Shown here piece after piece: positions 63,535 to 64,000 of a stretch of DNA of 64,000 nt. The notes beneath the pieces were generated by a model. That model was not told where the DNA came from. It saw only the letters and a program-made list of their open reading frames with translations, and did not search any database. Location of the stretch: assembly GCA_017654855.1 (NCBI GenBank), contig CM030332.1, positions 3,348,001 through 3,412,000 of the forward strand, read 5' to 3'. This stretch comes from Podospora anserina. Its lineage: Eukaryota. The first letter of the stretch is position 1; every line of letters begins with the position of its first letter. Position numbers and translations under genes: made by a program.

Positions 63535-64000
63535 GAAGTCGATGACGCCCTCCACCCCGACGGAAACACCCCCCTCGGCGGTGAAGTGGAAGGGCTTGTA
63601 GTTGATCAAGAAGTCGGCATAGGCGTTGAACCAGGCCCGCAATGGCCCGGCTCGGAGAGTGACATCAAGACGGCCGCCTCCCATGCACATCTTGGGGGTG
63701 ACGGCGAAGTAGGCCTCTCCCGTGATGCTGATGCGGCTGCTGAGAGGCCAGCTTATGCCTAGCCGTGGGGGCACGGGGTAGTGGGCAGGCGGCTTGAAGG
63801 AGCGGTGGTAGCCGCCAATGGTGAAGACCCAGTCCCCTCTGAGGTCTGGGTCAGGACTGTCGAACCAGGAGTACACGGCGAACCCGCCAGTGAGGTGACA
63901 ATTGGGGTCCAAGACATAGGAAGCGGGCATCAGTTGTCCTTCGATCTTCATGACCCCCAGGGCAACATCCACCGTGGCGGACAAGCCCAGTTCAACATGC
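63535..64000 (-). pseudogene. DUF6603-like domain protein, 5' part outside window, apparently truncated at 3' end
   Basis: [94 protein letters not shown]; protein-like sequence ends near 63535 and the frame runs on into the antisense of the neighbouring gene (stop 63394). Confidence 0.7.

Overview
Intron-rich filamentous ascomycete genomic DNA, Sordariales-like and most reminiscent of Podospora (inferred from short GT-AG introns with CTAAC branch sites and gene content, not from a search). Most of the window holds intact conserved genes: an ABCB transporter (5'-truncated), atypical SDR, atp3, top1, GH16 Crh-type transglycosylase, two small membrane proteins, Aro8-type aminotransferase, CYP52-clan P450, GH20 hexosaminidase, Nab2, protoporphyrinogen oxidase, Med14, G6PD, eL33, DUF2406 protein, Vma21, Fun30-like remodeler and a patatin-domain lipase homolog. 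The last ~3 kb differ: a decaying group made of a frameshifted lectin-like gene, a frameshifted and truncated conserved hypothetical gene, and a truncated DUF6603-like gene running off the window, the last two colliding head-on. Other highlights: a 367-bp MITE-like element (TIRs, 8-bp TSD, internal 30-bp palindrome, 21-bp tandem array), tandem splice donors giving two alternative hydrophobic C-termini in the GH16 gene, a GC-AG intron, a splice donor overlapping the G6PD stop codon, and repeated C-rich to G-rich strand-composition switches. All family assignments come from recalled motifs; no database search was run.
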